A DNA stretch of 64,000 nt from Paramecium tetraurelia (GCA_000165425.1 CT868664.1:248001-312000), one strand, 5' to 3'; positions 1-13,948 are shown, numbered from the stretch's first letter. The notes: generated by a model from the letters alone, not told the origin. Program-made: numbers and translations.

Positions 1-718
1 GGGATTGCATTTTGTTTACTTGAGTCTGTTGTAATTAGAATAGATTGGAAAGTTGATCAAATGCAGGACGCTTATCATAATCTACTTGAAGTAAGATTTT
101 AAGAAAATGAATATTCTCTTCACTAAGGTTATTCTGTCTACAATTGTATTCAATGTGGTAGTTGATTTGTTATTGATTTTGTTTAATCAGATAGCTGGGA
201 TCCTAGGTTCCAGTTGTTAGACAATAAAGCAATGAGCCGAACATCCAGGTTTTCATATATTAGTCTTGTTTATAATTATTGTTGTATCGTTGTTGGTATT
301 TAATTTAGTAGAGGGAATAGCGTAGGCCAAAATCAATGGTGTAGACAGTCTTTTGATCTATGTAAAGAAAGTCTGGGTTGAAGTCATAGATTCCAAGTGT
401 ATCTAACGAATAGAGAGTATATAATTGTTTCAGATATGCGTTGAATTGATCGTTTGTAATTTTGGGGGGCATTTTAATCCAGTTGTTGCTATTAGAATAA
501 GAAATGAGTAGATTGTTGTCATCTTCGATTGCATCTTTGATGTAAGGGTATAATTGAATTTTTTTGATTAAGTTTTCATACATATGTGAGTCTAATTCAG
601 ATTTAGGGAAGATAGTGATGTAATAGGATTATTTGGTTTCGTCGAATCCTCGATATAACAATTAGTAAGAGAAGTCTAAAGAGATGGGTAGTTCAATTTA
701 ATAATTAGCGATTTGCAT
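1..718 (-). CDS. Protein kinase-like protein, probable pseudokinase (C-terminus runs off window start)
   Basis: Table-6 frame from ATG 718: MQIANYQIELPISLDFSYQLLYRGFDETKQSYYITIFPK...LGIYDFNPDFLYIDQKTVYTIDFGL...KTWMFGSLLYCLTTG...LLQVDYDKRP. Subdomains VII (DFG), IX and XI are recognisable, while the Gly loop, VAIK and HRDLKPEN are degenerate. Confidence 0.7.
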
Positions 719-730
719 AAATTAATAATT

Positions 731-2847
731 ATGATTTTTATTTTACTTGTACAAATTACTTAGTCTTTGAGCATCTATGAATTTTTGAATCTCACTCCCT
801 TTTAAATTCAAGAATTGAAGTTAGAAACACTCTAGGAGTACTTTACGTCAGGTTCAATATCAGGATATGTGGGGTTGAGTGAATATTCTGAATTAATTGA
901 AAAATTGGCAAATTCATTTCCAAATTAAGTGACATTGCAATCGTTTGGGAATACTTATCAAGGAACCTAAATAAAGACAATCAAAATCTCAGCAACCAAA
1001 TCTCCCAAGTATCAAATAACAATCATCGGCATGTTACGTGGCACTACTGATTTAATCTCAGTAAACTATCTCCTTTATCAATTGTACTATATAACCATCC
1101 ATTTATCCAACAAAAATCCATTTATGATGACTCTACTATCAGACAAGCAATTGTGGATCACTCCCTTGATAAATGCAGACGGACATCAATATATAACAAC
1201 CTAATTTATTTAAACTTAAACCATACCTCTCATATTTAAAAATAGAAATCCGTCCAATTCCAACCAATGTTCATAAACTGAATAAGGCGTGGATCTTTCA
1301 AGGAACTTTCAATACAAATTTGGAATCAATGAGATCGGATCATCCTCAAACAGATGCAGTCAAATCTTCAGAGGGATAAGTGCCTTTTCTGAGGCTGAGA
1401 CCTTGACAATTGATAAATTAATTTAATAAATAAGACCAAATATCATAATGGTCATGGGAGGTGATTTAGATAAGTTGGTTATTCCAGATTCCAATTCATC
1501 AACTTATTACGAATTGCTTTACTAACTATCTAAATAATATAAGCTCAACATGGGAGATTACTAAAAGCTCTATTAGGTTGAAATTAATGGGGATTTATGT
1601 TAAAATTACATATATCAAATCAACAAAATATGCTTCACTATTAATATTGGATAATACGCTTTAAGTCAGACAATCCTGAACTTCCAGAATCTTTTACTGG
1701 ATTTTCTCACACATTACAGTCCTTCTCTTCAGTACATATATTATTTATATTATATAGAATACAGTTGGAGAAGGTATTTGATTGTAAACACGGGAAGATG
1801 CTATGTAATCAACTTGAATCCAACGAGAAAGGCTGTGTCATAATCATCTCTGTTTAAAATGTAGGTTATAATCAATTTAATGACAACATTGTGATGGACA
1901 TAACTCTGAATTAAGGCGGTGAAAAACTGTATCAGATTGATTCCTATGCTATTGTCTAGAGCATCAAGAATATAAGTGATACAAAATTAGAGAATGGCAT
2001 TGCGATTGATGAAATCTCCACAGATCGAGTCTACAGATATCAAATAGTGAACAACAAAAAATTAAGTCAAAACCAAACTGTCTACTTTGTTTTCTTAATC
2101 ACTCAATACGGATTCTCTTACAACTATATTAATACTGTTGAATCCATCAATTTAACTTTCACTCTCCAAAACACTTTACTTAATTCCTAGGTGTTTAAGA
2201 CTCTGACACCCTCAGATTTGGTGGCCAAAAAGTCTAATGAATAACTTCAATAGATATTTCCTAATCGACCTGAATCCTATGTTTTGTTGATATGTTTTGG
2301 AGCTATTTCAGTCATCTTCTTTTTCTCCTGGATTATTCGAAAGATTTATCTCTGGATTTATGATCCTCATCAATTTATTGAAGAAAACAAATCTAAAAGT
2401 GGAGGATCATCTGATGAGAAGAATCTAGATCAATATCATTCTCATAATCTAGTGGAGAGTAGATTAAATACCTAAGTCAAATTCTCTTAAATTGTTCCAT
2501 TCTAATCAATAAGGTAGAATGATTCCCCTCCTTTGAGTAAACCAAATGGCCAATCAACTTAATATGAAACTAAAGGAACTAATGGGAGTCAATTGTTGCC
2601 TCATCTAAATCCAATTGAAATTGAAAATAGAGTACACAAAGCCTTGGAAATAGTGTAATCATAGGAGGATTTGGATAAATAGGAATTAGAGTAAGAGTAA
2701 GAATAACAACAGAATCAGTATAATTACAACGTAAACTCATAACAATAAGAACATAATTTACATCAAATAGAAGAAGTACTTGTCAATAATCCAAACATTT
2801 AAAATTGTAATTAAAATGACGATTAATTAGTTAAATTCGAGGATTGA
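731..2847 (+). CDS. M14 zinc carboxypeptidase-like type I membrane protein, catalytic residues lost
   Basis: Signal-like MIFILLVQITQS; M14 motifs WITPLINADG, KNR, GVDLSRNF, FRGISAFSEAET; intron ~1732-1758; TM segment VLLICFGAISVIFFFSWII near 2281-2337; acidic/Q-rich tail; TGA 2845-2847. Confidence 0.75.
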
Positions 2848-2891
2848 CATCATATCTATATATTATTAATTAAATTTAATCATTTTTGTGA

Positions 2892-4317
2892 TCAATTTTA
2901 ATTTTCCTTGATATTTCTTAATATCGAAGGATACAATTTAACATGAGCATCAACTGCCCATACATAATCCAAATGAGCATAATCATCTATGAACTCTACT
3001 TTCATATGGGTTTAATCCAACTTATTTAACATCTTACCCAAATCATCTGTATCTGTGATGACATCCTTGGTTCCCAAATAAAAGTATTTGGGAATAGTAA
3101 AGTTCTTCAAATTATCCACTGGATATGGAGGAGGGTCTCTTTATCCATACAAGGCCTAATTCTAAGTAGCCCCGTAATCGAAGTATTGCAATTGCTTAGA
3201 TCTGAAGAATTACATCCTAGAATAGATTAACAATATCTTTACCATTATACGATATTTTTAGTTGCGCAACCTCCAGGCTCATGAGCAACCATATTACCGA
3301 AACGAGTCAAATCGATCTTATTCTTTTAAGGAAAACCGCATAATTAATTGGTGATCTCAAAGAAGAAGTTTCTGAATATCAAGGGAATCATATAACAAAG
3401 TGCTCCTATTTTTATGTTAAAACCATCATCAAAAACGAAGAAATAGGGGATTCCCAAGTAATAGATGATTTCAAATATGTACAACTTAATAGCCCATTAT
3501 AAGAAAGTCGACCTCTACAATAGAAATAAAAGAGATTACCAAATTGGAAATGAACATGGCTGGACCGAGTCCGATGAAACATTTAAGGTGGTTTTGAAAT
3601 TCAATGTTGTTTGAGAGATAAGCAAAGGCTTGGGTAGTACCTTGAGAGTGGCCCAGATAGATCACCTTTGCTCTTTGAGTAATATTCTTCACGTATAATA
3701 CTATGGCCTTGAAGTCGTATTTGGCTAAGTCGTCAAAGGAGCAATCCCAATATTGTTGATTGTAATTTACACTTTAGAATTTAGTATGCCCGATACTATA
3801 TTTGTTACCCCGGTTATTTGCAAGCCATACGTCATAGCCTTATTCAGCCAGGATGTATGGCAAGGTGAGCTTTTTGTCATTGTTAATGAACCAAGACCAG
3901 GAACTATCCAATAGTCCATGTTGCAAGATGATGGGATGTGGATGCGGATGTGTTCCATCCTTATAGATTCTCCACATTGTGAGGATGTAGCCATCTTCCG
4001 TAATTACTTTATGGCTTTCAAAGTTATACCCTTAGGCTAGTATGATGTCGGCTATAGGATTGATAATTTCATATATTACTTGCTTAGGTATATACTCCGG
4101 AATAGGGTTTAAGTTTGTTAAGAACTTTCCTAAGATTATGGAAAATAGTCGGATTTCTTGATTCGCATTCTCTGACAAATAATGAAAGTACATAGTCTGT
4201 TAAATAGATTGCTATGTAGGCTGAATAGTAAGTCAATGATAATCCTACATTCGCAATGGGTTTGAGGACCCAGATGAAAAAGTAAAATGTGATTGTTTGA
4301 ATTATTTAAAAATTCAT
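2892..4317 (-). CDS. AB-hydrolase lipase (lysosomal acid/gastric lipase family)
   Basis: ITEDGYILTMWRI, LQHGLLDSSWSW, nucleophile motif GHSQGT, C-terminal DYAHLDYVW; short introns (e.g. ~4053-4080). Confidence 0.92.
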
Positions 4318-4362
4318 AACTAAGAAGAATTATTATGATAATTGTGTTTGATTTATATTTAA

Positions 4363-5424
4363 TCAAATTTGCCATTCTTCCAATCCTGCAGCTCTCTTTT
4401 GACTGTCCATGACTCCATTGACTAAGGTGCATGTTAACCAAGCAGTTAAGAACATTTTGCCATAGTAGGGGACAGCACCTGCATAAAACCCATGGATTCT
4501 TTCATAGAAGAAGATTTGCTTAAAGACATCCAAATAATTTTAGTAATTTAATCTACAATTTATAATAAACATTAGAATTACCTATTTTTAGAGGGATCTG
4601 GGAAAGCCTTAAGAACTCTGGTTTGGACATTATCCAAAGGTAAGGTGAAAAGAGTTGCCCAGAATGAAGCCCAAGTTAATGCAAGGAAGTGATTGAATCC
4701 AAAATCTCCGAAAACCAACCATATTTTTTCTTTCATGTAATCATATGGGTCCAGTTAAGGATACGTTCAAGGCTGCCAATTTGACCACATGAGCAAAGGC
4801 TCCTCTGAACAATGCTCTGCTTCCTCCTATTGAATTATTTGATTAATTTTACCTTCTTCAACCTAGATTCTATTAATGGCATCGAATGCGGATTTGTAAT
4901 TTCTTCTGATTGGTTGAGGGAGACCACCGTCAGCAATCATTCTGACTTGAGCTAATTCGAATGGAGATGTAACAAAAGCAGCAAATGCTCCTACAGATCC
5001 AGAGAGAACAGCCTTTTCTCTGAGTGTCAAATCATTGAATGGTTTGACTGGCTTAACTTAATCGTATATTGCTTTATATCTAAAAGTTAAATTATGTGAT
5101 ACAAAAAGTTTCTGATAAAGAGATAGCCCAATCTACTGTATATTGCTGCATCAAATCCATAATAAAAATGAGCCAAACCACCTCCAGTTTCATGAATCTC
5201 TCTGAATATTCTCCATGGATTCACTCCCAATTCATTTTTCAATTATCTCAAACCAATTCCTTCAGTTCTGACTTAGATTCTAGTTTTAACAAATTCTGGA
5301 TGTTAATTATATAGCTGTTACCCAATGGTTAAGTGAGGAATGTGGCAACTGCACCTACTGGCACTGAAAGACCAACCACTTCTGTAAGAGATGGCTCCCA
5401 ATATCTCTTGTATGATCCAAGCAT
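4363..5424 (-). CDS. Mitochondrial carrier (SLC25) protein, oxoglutarate/malate or dicarboxylate carrier-like
   Basis: Carrier signature PFELAQVRMIADGGLPQPIRRNYKSAFDAINRI and PLDNVQTR; several 23-30 nt introns. Confidence 0.88.
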
Positions 5425-5598
5425 TTTATTTAATTAATTAAAGATATTTAAATTTGATATAAAACAAAAATTTATCTTCCTCACTTTTATTATATTACCT
5501 TCACACCCTCCCACACTCCCTTCGTTCATCCATATTGCCTACTAAAACAATTAAATATAAATCAATATAAAATTTAATCATTTATCGTTTTTTTCCGA

Positions 5599-6916
5599 AT
5601 GAAACACAGTGTAATCTGGTTGTGTTGTGTTGCACTTCCTCTTCGTAAATGCCATCAATATGTAAACTAACAAATCAATAGAGTAGATTGGAAGAGTAAG
5701 CCCCCTTGTAACCTGAAGAATAAAAACGAAAAGTTCGACATCTTAGATTGAATGAGAAGGTCGTGAATGTAAAAGACTCCCAGGATTTCTACAAATTTGT
5801 GGCTCTGAATCAAAAGAGACTCTTTGAAAATCAATTTATCTAGAAATCCTCTGCCTCTGAAAACCTGAGATTACACAATTTCAAAAACATCCAATACACT
5901 GCAGATTTAGGAATAGGATAAGCTGGCAATGTCTTTAAAGTCGTATTAGACACAGGCAGTGCCAATCTGTGGATTGATTCGAACAGATGCTCAGAACAAG
6001 GTTGTATGAGACATAAATAATACAAACATGAGGAAAGTCATTCGTTTTTACCATTGAATTAAGAATTGACAGTAGAATTCGGCAGTGGAGAACTGAAAGG
6101 ACTTGTTAATTCTGACACTATCTATTTCGGAGATATCACCCTACCCAGACAAAACTTGGCTGAAATCACAAGCGAGAATGGAATCATTTTCAAAAGTCTA
6201 GATTTCGACGGCATTCTTGGTTTAGCATATCCATAAATGGCTCCCAAAAACTTCAATCCAGTCTTTGACAATATGATGTAACAACATGCTCTTGAAAAAA
6301 ACCAATTTGCCTTCTATTTCGCCAAAGACCCAAACGATATCACACACAGTGAATTTACTTTGGGAGGATACAATCAAGCTCACGTTGATGGAGAGATTAA
6401 CTACCATAATGTTATTGATAAATATTACTGGATGATCAAAGCCGATAGCATTTTGGTGGGAGGCAAAGACATTGGATTATGTAACGACGGATCCTGCAAA
6501 TTGATTGTTGATACTGGAACATCCATCATGAGTGGACCCATGGATGATGTAGGCACTTTATTAAGAAATCTGAATGTCAAAGATCATTGTTCTGAAGTCA
6601 AATCCCTTCCCAATATTACATTCAAGATCGACGGAATTGATTACACTTTAGAACCCGAAGAATACGTCAAACCTACCACTGCTGATAGTTCTGCATTTGC
6701 TGAGATGAACAGTTCTGAAGATTGTATATCACTTTATTCTATGTAGAATCAATGGTGGAAGTCAACAGTTGGGATTGCATTGCTTCTTTCATTCCCTTGG
6801 ATATTCAAGAACCTCAAGGACCTGCTTGGATCCTTGGAGATGTGTTCCTTAGGAAATATTACAGCATCTACGATAGAGACAATGACAGAGTCGGTTTTGC
6901 CAAAGCCAAACAATGA
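5599..6916 (+). CDS. Pepsin-family aspartic protease (cathepsin D-like)
   Basis: Two catalytic motifs [11 protein letters not shown] and [34 protein letters not shown]; introns ~5662-5681 and ~6724-6746. Confidence 0.95.
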
Positions 6917-6994
6917 TCGATCAACCATTATGTAACTAAAATAATTAATACACTTATATTATATTATATTTTATTGATAATTTGTTGTCTGTTA

Positions 6995-8812
6995 ATGCCA
7001 TAATTAACTCCTTAAACACTTAACAGGTTGTGTGAATACTTTTTGTATCTAGCCAAGTTAGAGTCAGAAATTGAAATTATTCGTAATGTGCTTTGCGAAC
7101 ATGATCGTTTCCATCCCTTTTTCATTTTTAAACACATAGATGGAATTTCCATTAACTCAAAGGGCTAATTGAACCCTGCAGATCTACTCCAATTTCTAGA
7201 GGACAATGGCTTCGTACACAACCTAGAAGAATGCATACAATTCATTGATTTATACGACGAAGAATCCAAAGGCTACCTCCTCTATTCATAGTAATAATTG
7301 TCATAACTCTAGATTCCTGAGAATTTGTCTGCCACAGAACAACGTAGTCTTACGATAAAAGATCGCACTCTAGAATGTAGACGTTCCTCATTATGATCAA
7401 AAGATTTCGTACACACTATCCAAATTAATCAACTATGAAATAAAATCAATGGAAACCGCAGCATCCTTTGTGTAAAAACTGCAGGATTGTTCCGATTATA
7501 GTCCATCTGCATGTTTTGAATTCATGGATCCCCAGAACTCTCAAGTCTTAATGGCCTCCAATTTCAGAGATCTCTTCTAACAATCAGCCATAATCATCTA
7601 TCCTCATGAACTCCAATCCTTATTCAAGAGATTCGATCTACTCAACGACGGAGTCATTGACGAGTGCGAATTTATGAAGTACTTTAGAAAAAGAGTGGTC
7701 AATCCAAAGGAATGCAAGACTCCAATCAAGGAGAAGTCCTATCTACACAATTTCAAAGAAAAAAGCCAATAGAAACAATTGTAATCCCAATAATCAAATA
7801 GATCTAAGAAGACATCAACAACTCCTATTAAGAAATTAAATTCTATTTTGAAATAAACAGGATAATCACCAAAAAAGGAATTTGATAATCAGAGATCTGT
7901 TAGTTTTGTTGATAGTTCCAAAACTTCTAAAACTTAGAATATGAATTCCAGTTACATCCTCAAGACACCCAATTAACAACACAAAAAATACATAGATCAA
8001 AAGACAGAATTGAGAGCTTAAATGCAATTATTCAAAGTCTAGAAATCATAACAAAGCTCACTTAATTCCACAGTCAAGAAACCTACCTAAAAAAGGTCTA
8101 CTCAAAAGCATGGAATAAAGAAATCTCCCAAGAGAAACAAGAATGTCTTTAATCCCTCCATTTTTCTAAAGGATACTCTGCTTAAGTTAATGAATTTCGA
8201 AAAGGAAATAGAGAGAATCAAACTGAATTTACAGACAGCACCTGATTTTTCGATTTGCAATACATTCAGAGCCTTAGATAAAAGGAAGATGGGATTCTTA
8301 GTCAGCGAAGATCTAGAAGAATTCATTAATAAACAACACCTCTCACTTATACTTAAGAAAGCATCTCCTGATGGCAGAATCAAATTTAATCAATTCATAC
8401 AACTAATATCACCTATATCCATCTATCATCAAGAACAACAATCCATCAGAGAGCAGAGTCAAACTCAAAATTACTTTGTTCAAGGAAGAATTAAATAATA
8501 ACTCTGTCTCTTATTTGAGAAACTGTATCAGAGAGAACTCTTGTTCGAGCAAGTCAATCAGGAAATGAAGCACAATTCATAATGTGACATCAAATACTTA
8601 TTTATGATGATTGATGAAGACTCATGTGACAATGAAATCAGTTTAAAAGATGTATCTATATACAAACTACTTTTTATTAGCTTGATTCCTTTTTGTATAA
8701 GTAAGAAGTGCAACCAGAATTAGAAGACTTGGAATTACTATTCAATAGACTGGATACAGATAGAGATGGAAAGGTATCTTTTCTGGATTTTATCAACATT
8801 TTTTCCTTTTGA
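6995..8812 (+). CDS. EF-hand calcium-binding protein
   Basis: EF-hand loops DLLNDGVIDECEF and DTDRDGKVSFLDF; repeated 'EIEIIR..L...DF' units typical of ciliate EF-hand proteins. Confidence 0.8.
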
Positions 8813-8840
8813 TTATATATATATTATTATTATTAATTTG

Positions 8841-11800
8841 ATGCTTCAATTTTTTTAAAGATTAGAGAACCCTGATGCTAAGTTTCACTTATATGATTCC
8901 TATTACAGAATAAAAAAGATAGAGAAGGTCTGCCTCAAAGAAAATGTAGATGGTAATGGAATCATAATACTATTTCCCTAGGCTTATTAATTATTAATGG
9001 AATAGATTCGAAAGAGAATTACGAGTACACCAAATTGATGAATTGGGTGTTTTTGGGTCACAGTGGAATTGAGATTGAAACAAATGAATATTTGGACAAC
9101 ACCTTGAGTGAAACAATATTTGTAATAACCAAAGATCACATGAGAGCATACTGTGATTAACAAGGCTTTAGGCAATTAAAACCCTATTTATTATAAATGC
9201 CAAATCTCAAACTATTTGTCCCTACCATCAAAGAGGATGAGAACAAGGATGAAAGTGAAGTTTTAAAAATGGCTCAATTTGTGAAAATGATGCAAGGCTT
9301 AAAAAGAATTGGAGTCTTGCTCCCATAAGAGAAAAATAGAAATATCGAAAAGTGGCCTATTATACAGGGTTATGGATTATTGGGAAATGGGTTTTTTTCA
9401 ATGCAACATGAAATTGTGAATATGACTGAAAGAATCAATTAGTTATACAAGCCACATGACAAGCATTCAATGAAAACTCTAATAAATGTAGTTTCTTAAA
9501 GATTGAATGGCCATGTCTCAGGATCCGTATAATTGTTGTCAGAAATTGCTATCAAAAAAAGACCTGCAGTTACAAGCGAATAAATGGTTGAGATATTTCT
9601 TGATACATTTGAAATCGAAGAGAACAAATACGTTAAGCGATCTAATAAATTAACACCTACAGTCACCTTCGGAAATTGCAGTTCATAGGAGAAATTGCCA
9701 TTACATTTAACCATGGAGAGCAGTGATCTCTACTCTTCTCTTCGCTTTTCTAGAACATACTTTCTTACCAAACAAGTTAGCAAAGAAAATGTTATCATTC
9801 CTATACATGATGATTTCGAGCATTTTGTTAAAGAGTATCAATATCAAATCATTGAGCATTCATATCATAAAGATGAATGGTATTAAACATCAATATTTTA
9901 GTTTATTAATTGAAATTTATAAGGCATTGATTGAAAGCTTTTATTCTGCCTTGTAAATGATATGCCAAGACTATAGGAAGATGACTAACTAATTGATATT
10001 TGAATTATCCCAAGAAAGATTGACTGCAACGTTGGCTAATTACAAATTGTAATTCCTAAATGACAACCTGATTGTAACTGTAACTAGCTACAATGCCTTC
10101 GGTGAAGAAGTGGCAATCAATTTTAAGGATCCTATATCTTTTAAGCTCACACCTTAATTCTTTTCAATAAGATTAGAGTATAGGAGTGTTCCGTCATAAG
10201 TTGTAGGCGGAACCATTTTGGGAAATGTAATTTTTTCTGATTCGTTCATTCTCCAAGAGAACTGCTATTACATTATTACTAGCAATATACCTCATCTCTA
10301 AATTGTCAACACAGATGCTAGATTCTCAGATGACATTGAGAAAGTCAAAAAGAAATTGCCTCTGGAGAAACTGGGCTAGTAGATTTCAGAGAAGGTTGAT
10401 AAAAATAGACTATTCCTCCCATCTAAACATGCTCTATTGGAAATACCTATTTAAATTGCTTCATATATCTTACATGAAAATGGCATCAGAATATTTACAA
10501 ATGAGTTGGGCTGGTTCTTCATTTTGTTTGATTAAATGAAGAAGATCAAGTTTACTTAGGGATTGGAATCTGTTTGGATGATATTTATGACTGAACCTAT
10601 ACTCTGTGCATCTTTGTAAGCCAAGACCGTTGCATTGGAATTCGTAGGCAAGTCAGTTGATTAAGTCTATATGAAAATGATCAATATTCTAAAAGAAAAT
10701 GAGATCAAAGTGGATTACACTGAGAATCCTAAGGAATTCCAATTGACTAGATTGGGATAGATGATTTTGAAGAAGGAACAAAAAGTTCCATTATTAGGGA
10801 ATATAATTAGAGAATCCTCATTTTTATTGGATTACTTAGAATCAAAACAATTAGTTATCTTGACTTAAGTCAAAAGTGATCTCAAATTATTAAACTATTT
10901 ATCTTTACAAGATGAATCCAAACAAATAGATGATAGAATTGGAATCATTCTAATCACAGGTTCCTATAGTAGTGGCAAGACTAAATTTGCTTAATCTTTG
11001 CAAAGATATGCAACTGATTTTAATTAGAAAGCCTAGGTTTTGAGTTTCAGTTTGTTGGAACAATCCATTTTGGATGAGGAAGGATGGCTCAATAAATTAG
11101 AAAATCAATTGAAGTATTCCCAAGAGTAATGCATATGTGTTGTCCCATTCTACTTATCAGTTGATATTATTGTGCAACAATTAAGTAATGGAAAACTTAG
11201 TAAATTTGTATACATTAAGAATGTGGTTAATAAAATCAACATTAATAACATCTATCAGAATGAAAATTGCTAACCCATGTAAAAATTATTGATATCCTTT
11301 TAGTGAGAACTTGGTAAGTCAAAGTCTGCCCGGCTACTGTTAATTCACTATCCTGGACTCCTTTGGAAATGAGGAATCTGAAGTAGAGGAGTACTTTAAG
11401 ATCTTTAGAACTGTCTGTCTTAAATCTAACATATATCGTATTACCAATAATATGATATAATCATCTGTGGCCAAAGAAATATATTCATGCACATCCTACA
11501 ATTCAACTCAAAATGCATTTCTTAGAAGCAAATTGGCATCCTATAAAAGTCAAACTACTACATACCAAAAAGTATTCATTCACAATGCTATTCCTTGTGT
11601 GAAATAATTCAGAAAAATCCTAAGAGAACTTTTCAAGACTTCATAATCCCAAAAGGCATAAGCAAGTAACTATGAGAAACTGTCAGAAATTGATAAATTC
11701 ATCTTCAGAGTTAAGGAGTTCAATTCTCCATAAAAACCAAGTTTGTCATATCTAAAAGCTTTTCTCAGATTCGAAGGACAATTAGATAAACTGTATGAGT

Positions 11801-12276
11801 ACACAGCCAATCACAATTATACTGTAGAAAGATAAGTCAAATCTGTAAATATTCTACTCAAAGAACAATTGATTAATGGCTCTAAACTGTAAATACCCTC
11901 CTATGTTGGATGGGATACTCATTCCAATTTAGGCTTTTTTATGGTCGGCTAAAATATTACAAAGGAAATCTGCTAATAGTACATAGGGGAATTGATCCAA
12001 AAAATGAAGCCCTTATAAGCTCTATTGACTAAAAATGATTTATCAAAGGAAATTATCAAGGAGATCGAATTTGAAAATAGAATTATTGGATTAGAAAATG
12101 GAGAGTTTTATGATGGTCAATTTATTAGAAATCAAGACGGGGAAATCTTAGAACACCATCCAAAATTAGATATATTTATTTAAGAGTATTTGAAAATCCA
12201 AAATCAGAAGATAATTGAGGCAAATAATTAAATATAATAAGAATGGAATAATTATGTAAATGCTCTTAAGTGTTGA
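8841..12276 (+). CDS. DNAAF9: Shulin / DNAAF9 (C20orf194) homolog, outer-arm dynein assembly factor
   Basis: After intron ~8953-8981 the frame reads DGLLIINGIDSKEN...NWVFLG (cf. C20orf194 DGILCILGIDSRYN...NYLLFG); P-loop-like ITGSYSSGKT ~10953; C-terminal FYDGQFIRNQDGEILEHHPKLDIFIQEYL; ~1100 aa. Confidence 0.82.
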
Positions 12277-12337
12277 GATATAATCATGTTTTATCAGTAT
12301 TTCTATTAAAAAAATAAGTCTACAAATATTAACAATC

Positions 12338-13948
12338 TCAAAAATCATCTAATGTTAAAATTGGTTTATTCTATGCAAAATAGTATCCTTTTAAAAGTTT
12401 CTAGGTGCAATTACCATTTGAAATTTAATCTAAGGATTTCTTAACTTCTTATAAATGTGTTGATAATTTTGTAGGTTTTTGAACCTAGTCAGTTGTGCTT
12501 TCTGATTGGGAATCCTTTTTATCCAATTTCTTAACTAATGATGCATCTGTAGTTTTGATGATCCAAGTTGTCTAATCATTAGAGGAGTCTTGCTGTTAAT
12601 TTAGTATGTTAAATTAATACCTTCTTAAGGGATCTATTATTAGCCTATGATTTAGCAAGGGATACAGGAGAGTTGTTGGCATTTGGAGAATGATATGTGA
12701 ACTTTTTCCTTATATCAATTTGTTAACTACTCTATACACTATGTTTAGAGGATTACTATACAATAGAAAATTGATCTATTTACCTGATTTAATTTCGATC
12801 TCATCTACTGGATAGAAGAATAATATTGTATCTAAAGACCTTATTTTTCAATTTTGGCTTACAAATTGGAGATAATTCTTTAGCAGGTTTCTGCTTGTTA
12901 ATATAAAACAGAAGAAAGTTCTTAATTTTGCAATTTCAATTGATGTTTTTTCTAAGATTTATTTGATATTGTTACTTTAGATAAATTAGATAATTTGTCT
13001 TAAAGGCTTTCTATATCTAGTTTTTAGTTCTCAATGATCTTTTCATATTGGATTAGTTTGCGTTCATCTGTTTTAAGCTAATTATTATCAATATCTATCC
13101 ACCTTTTATCGGTACTCAAGCATTCGTCCATTCCTTGACTGTTATTGAGTCTAGAAGTGAAAACTTCGAATTAGTTTGAATTGAAAAAGTCATGAACCTA
13201 ATCTTGTTAGCTCTATTTCATTGAGTATTATTACTAATATGATTCTAGAACACCTAAAGTTGCATTTAAATAACATACGTTTGAGGTCACTAAGTTCTTT
13301 TTCTGTGTTGTTTAACTTTGACTCAAGAATGTCAATTTCTCTTTATTGTGATTCAATACATTTAGTTTTATCCAAATTCGTGAAGCTAGTAATTCTGTGT
13401 ATCTCTACTATTTAATATTTTGTCTAATATTTCTCTAATCTATTTTAGAATTCTAAAATCATTTGTTCTTATAGGACAGCCGATGATTTTTCAAAGTACT
13501 CGTAAAATTGCTTTTCTATTGAAGAGATTGAGCAATCTTAGAGAATCAACTCGAAATTTTTCTTATTATTTTGTGGATTTTGATTTCCTTGTATTTATAC
13601 ATTAGATTTGATACCTAATAGTTTGAGATTTTTCAAACTTTACTATAGTTGCTGATTTTCCAACTAAGCTTCAGATAATTAGCATTACAGTTTAGTAAGC
13701 TACTGCTTATAATCATCTTGTGAAATTGATTATTGAGATTAATTTTATTATTGTTCTACTCTATATAGCAGTAAAGCATTTTTCTTTTCCAATTCATCAT
13801 TAAGCTAGATTTATTAATTTACTTTTGGATATACCTAAATGGCATTTTTCAAAAGAAATCTGAGCCTTTCGATCGTTCTTTGTTCATCATTAGTTGTAGT
13901 GTTTCCTTTCTTATTATTCTTCGGAGTATTATTTGTAGACACTAGCAT
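12338..13948 (-). CDS. Hypothetical coiled-coil protein
   Basis: Table-6 frame from MLVSTNNTPK..., Q/K/E-rich heptad-like composition, short introns; 3' end approximate. Confidence 0.55.
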
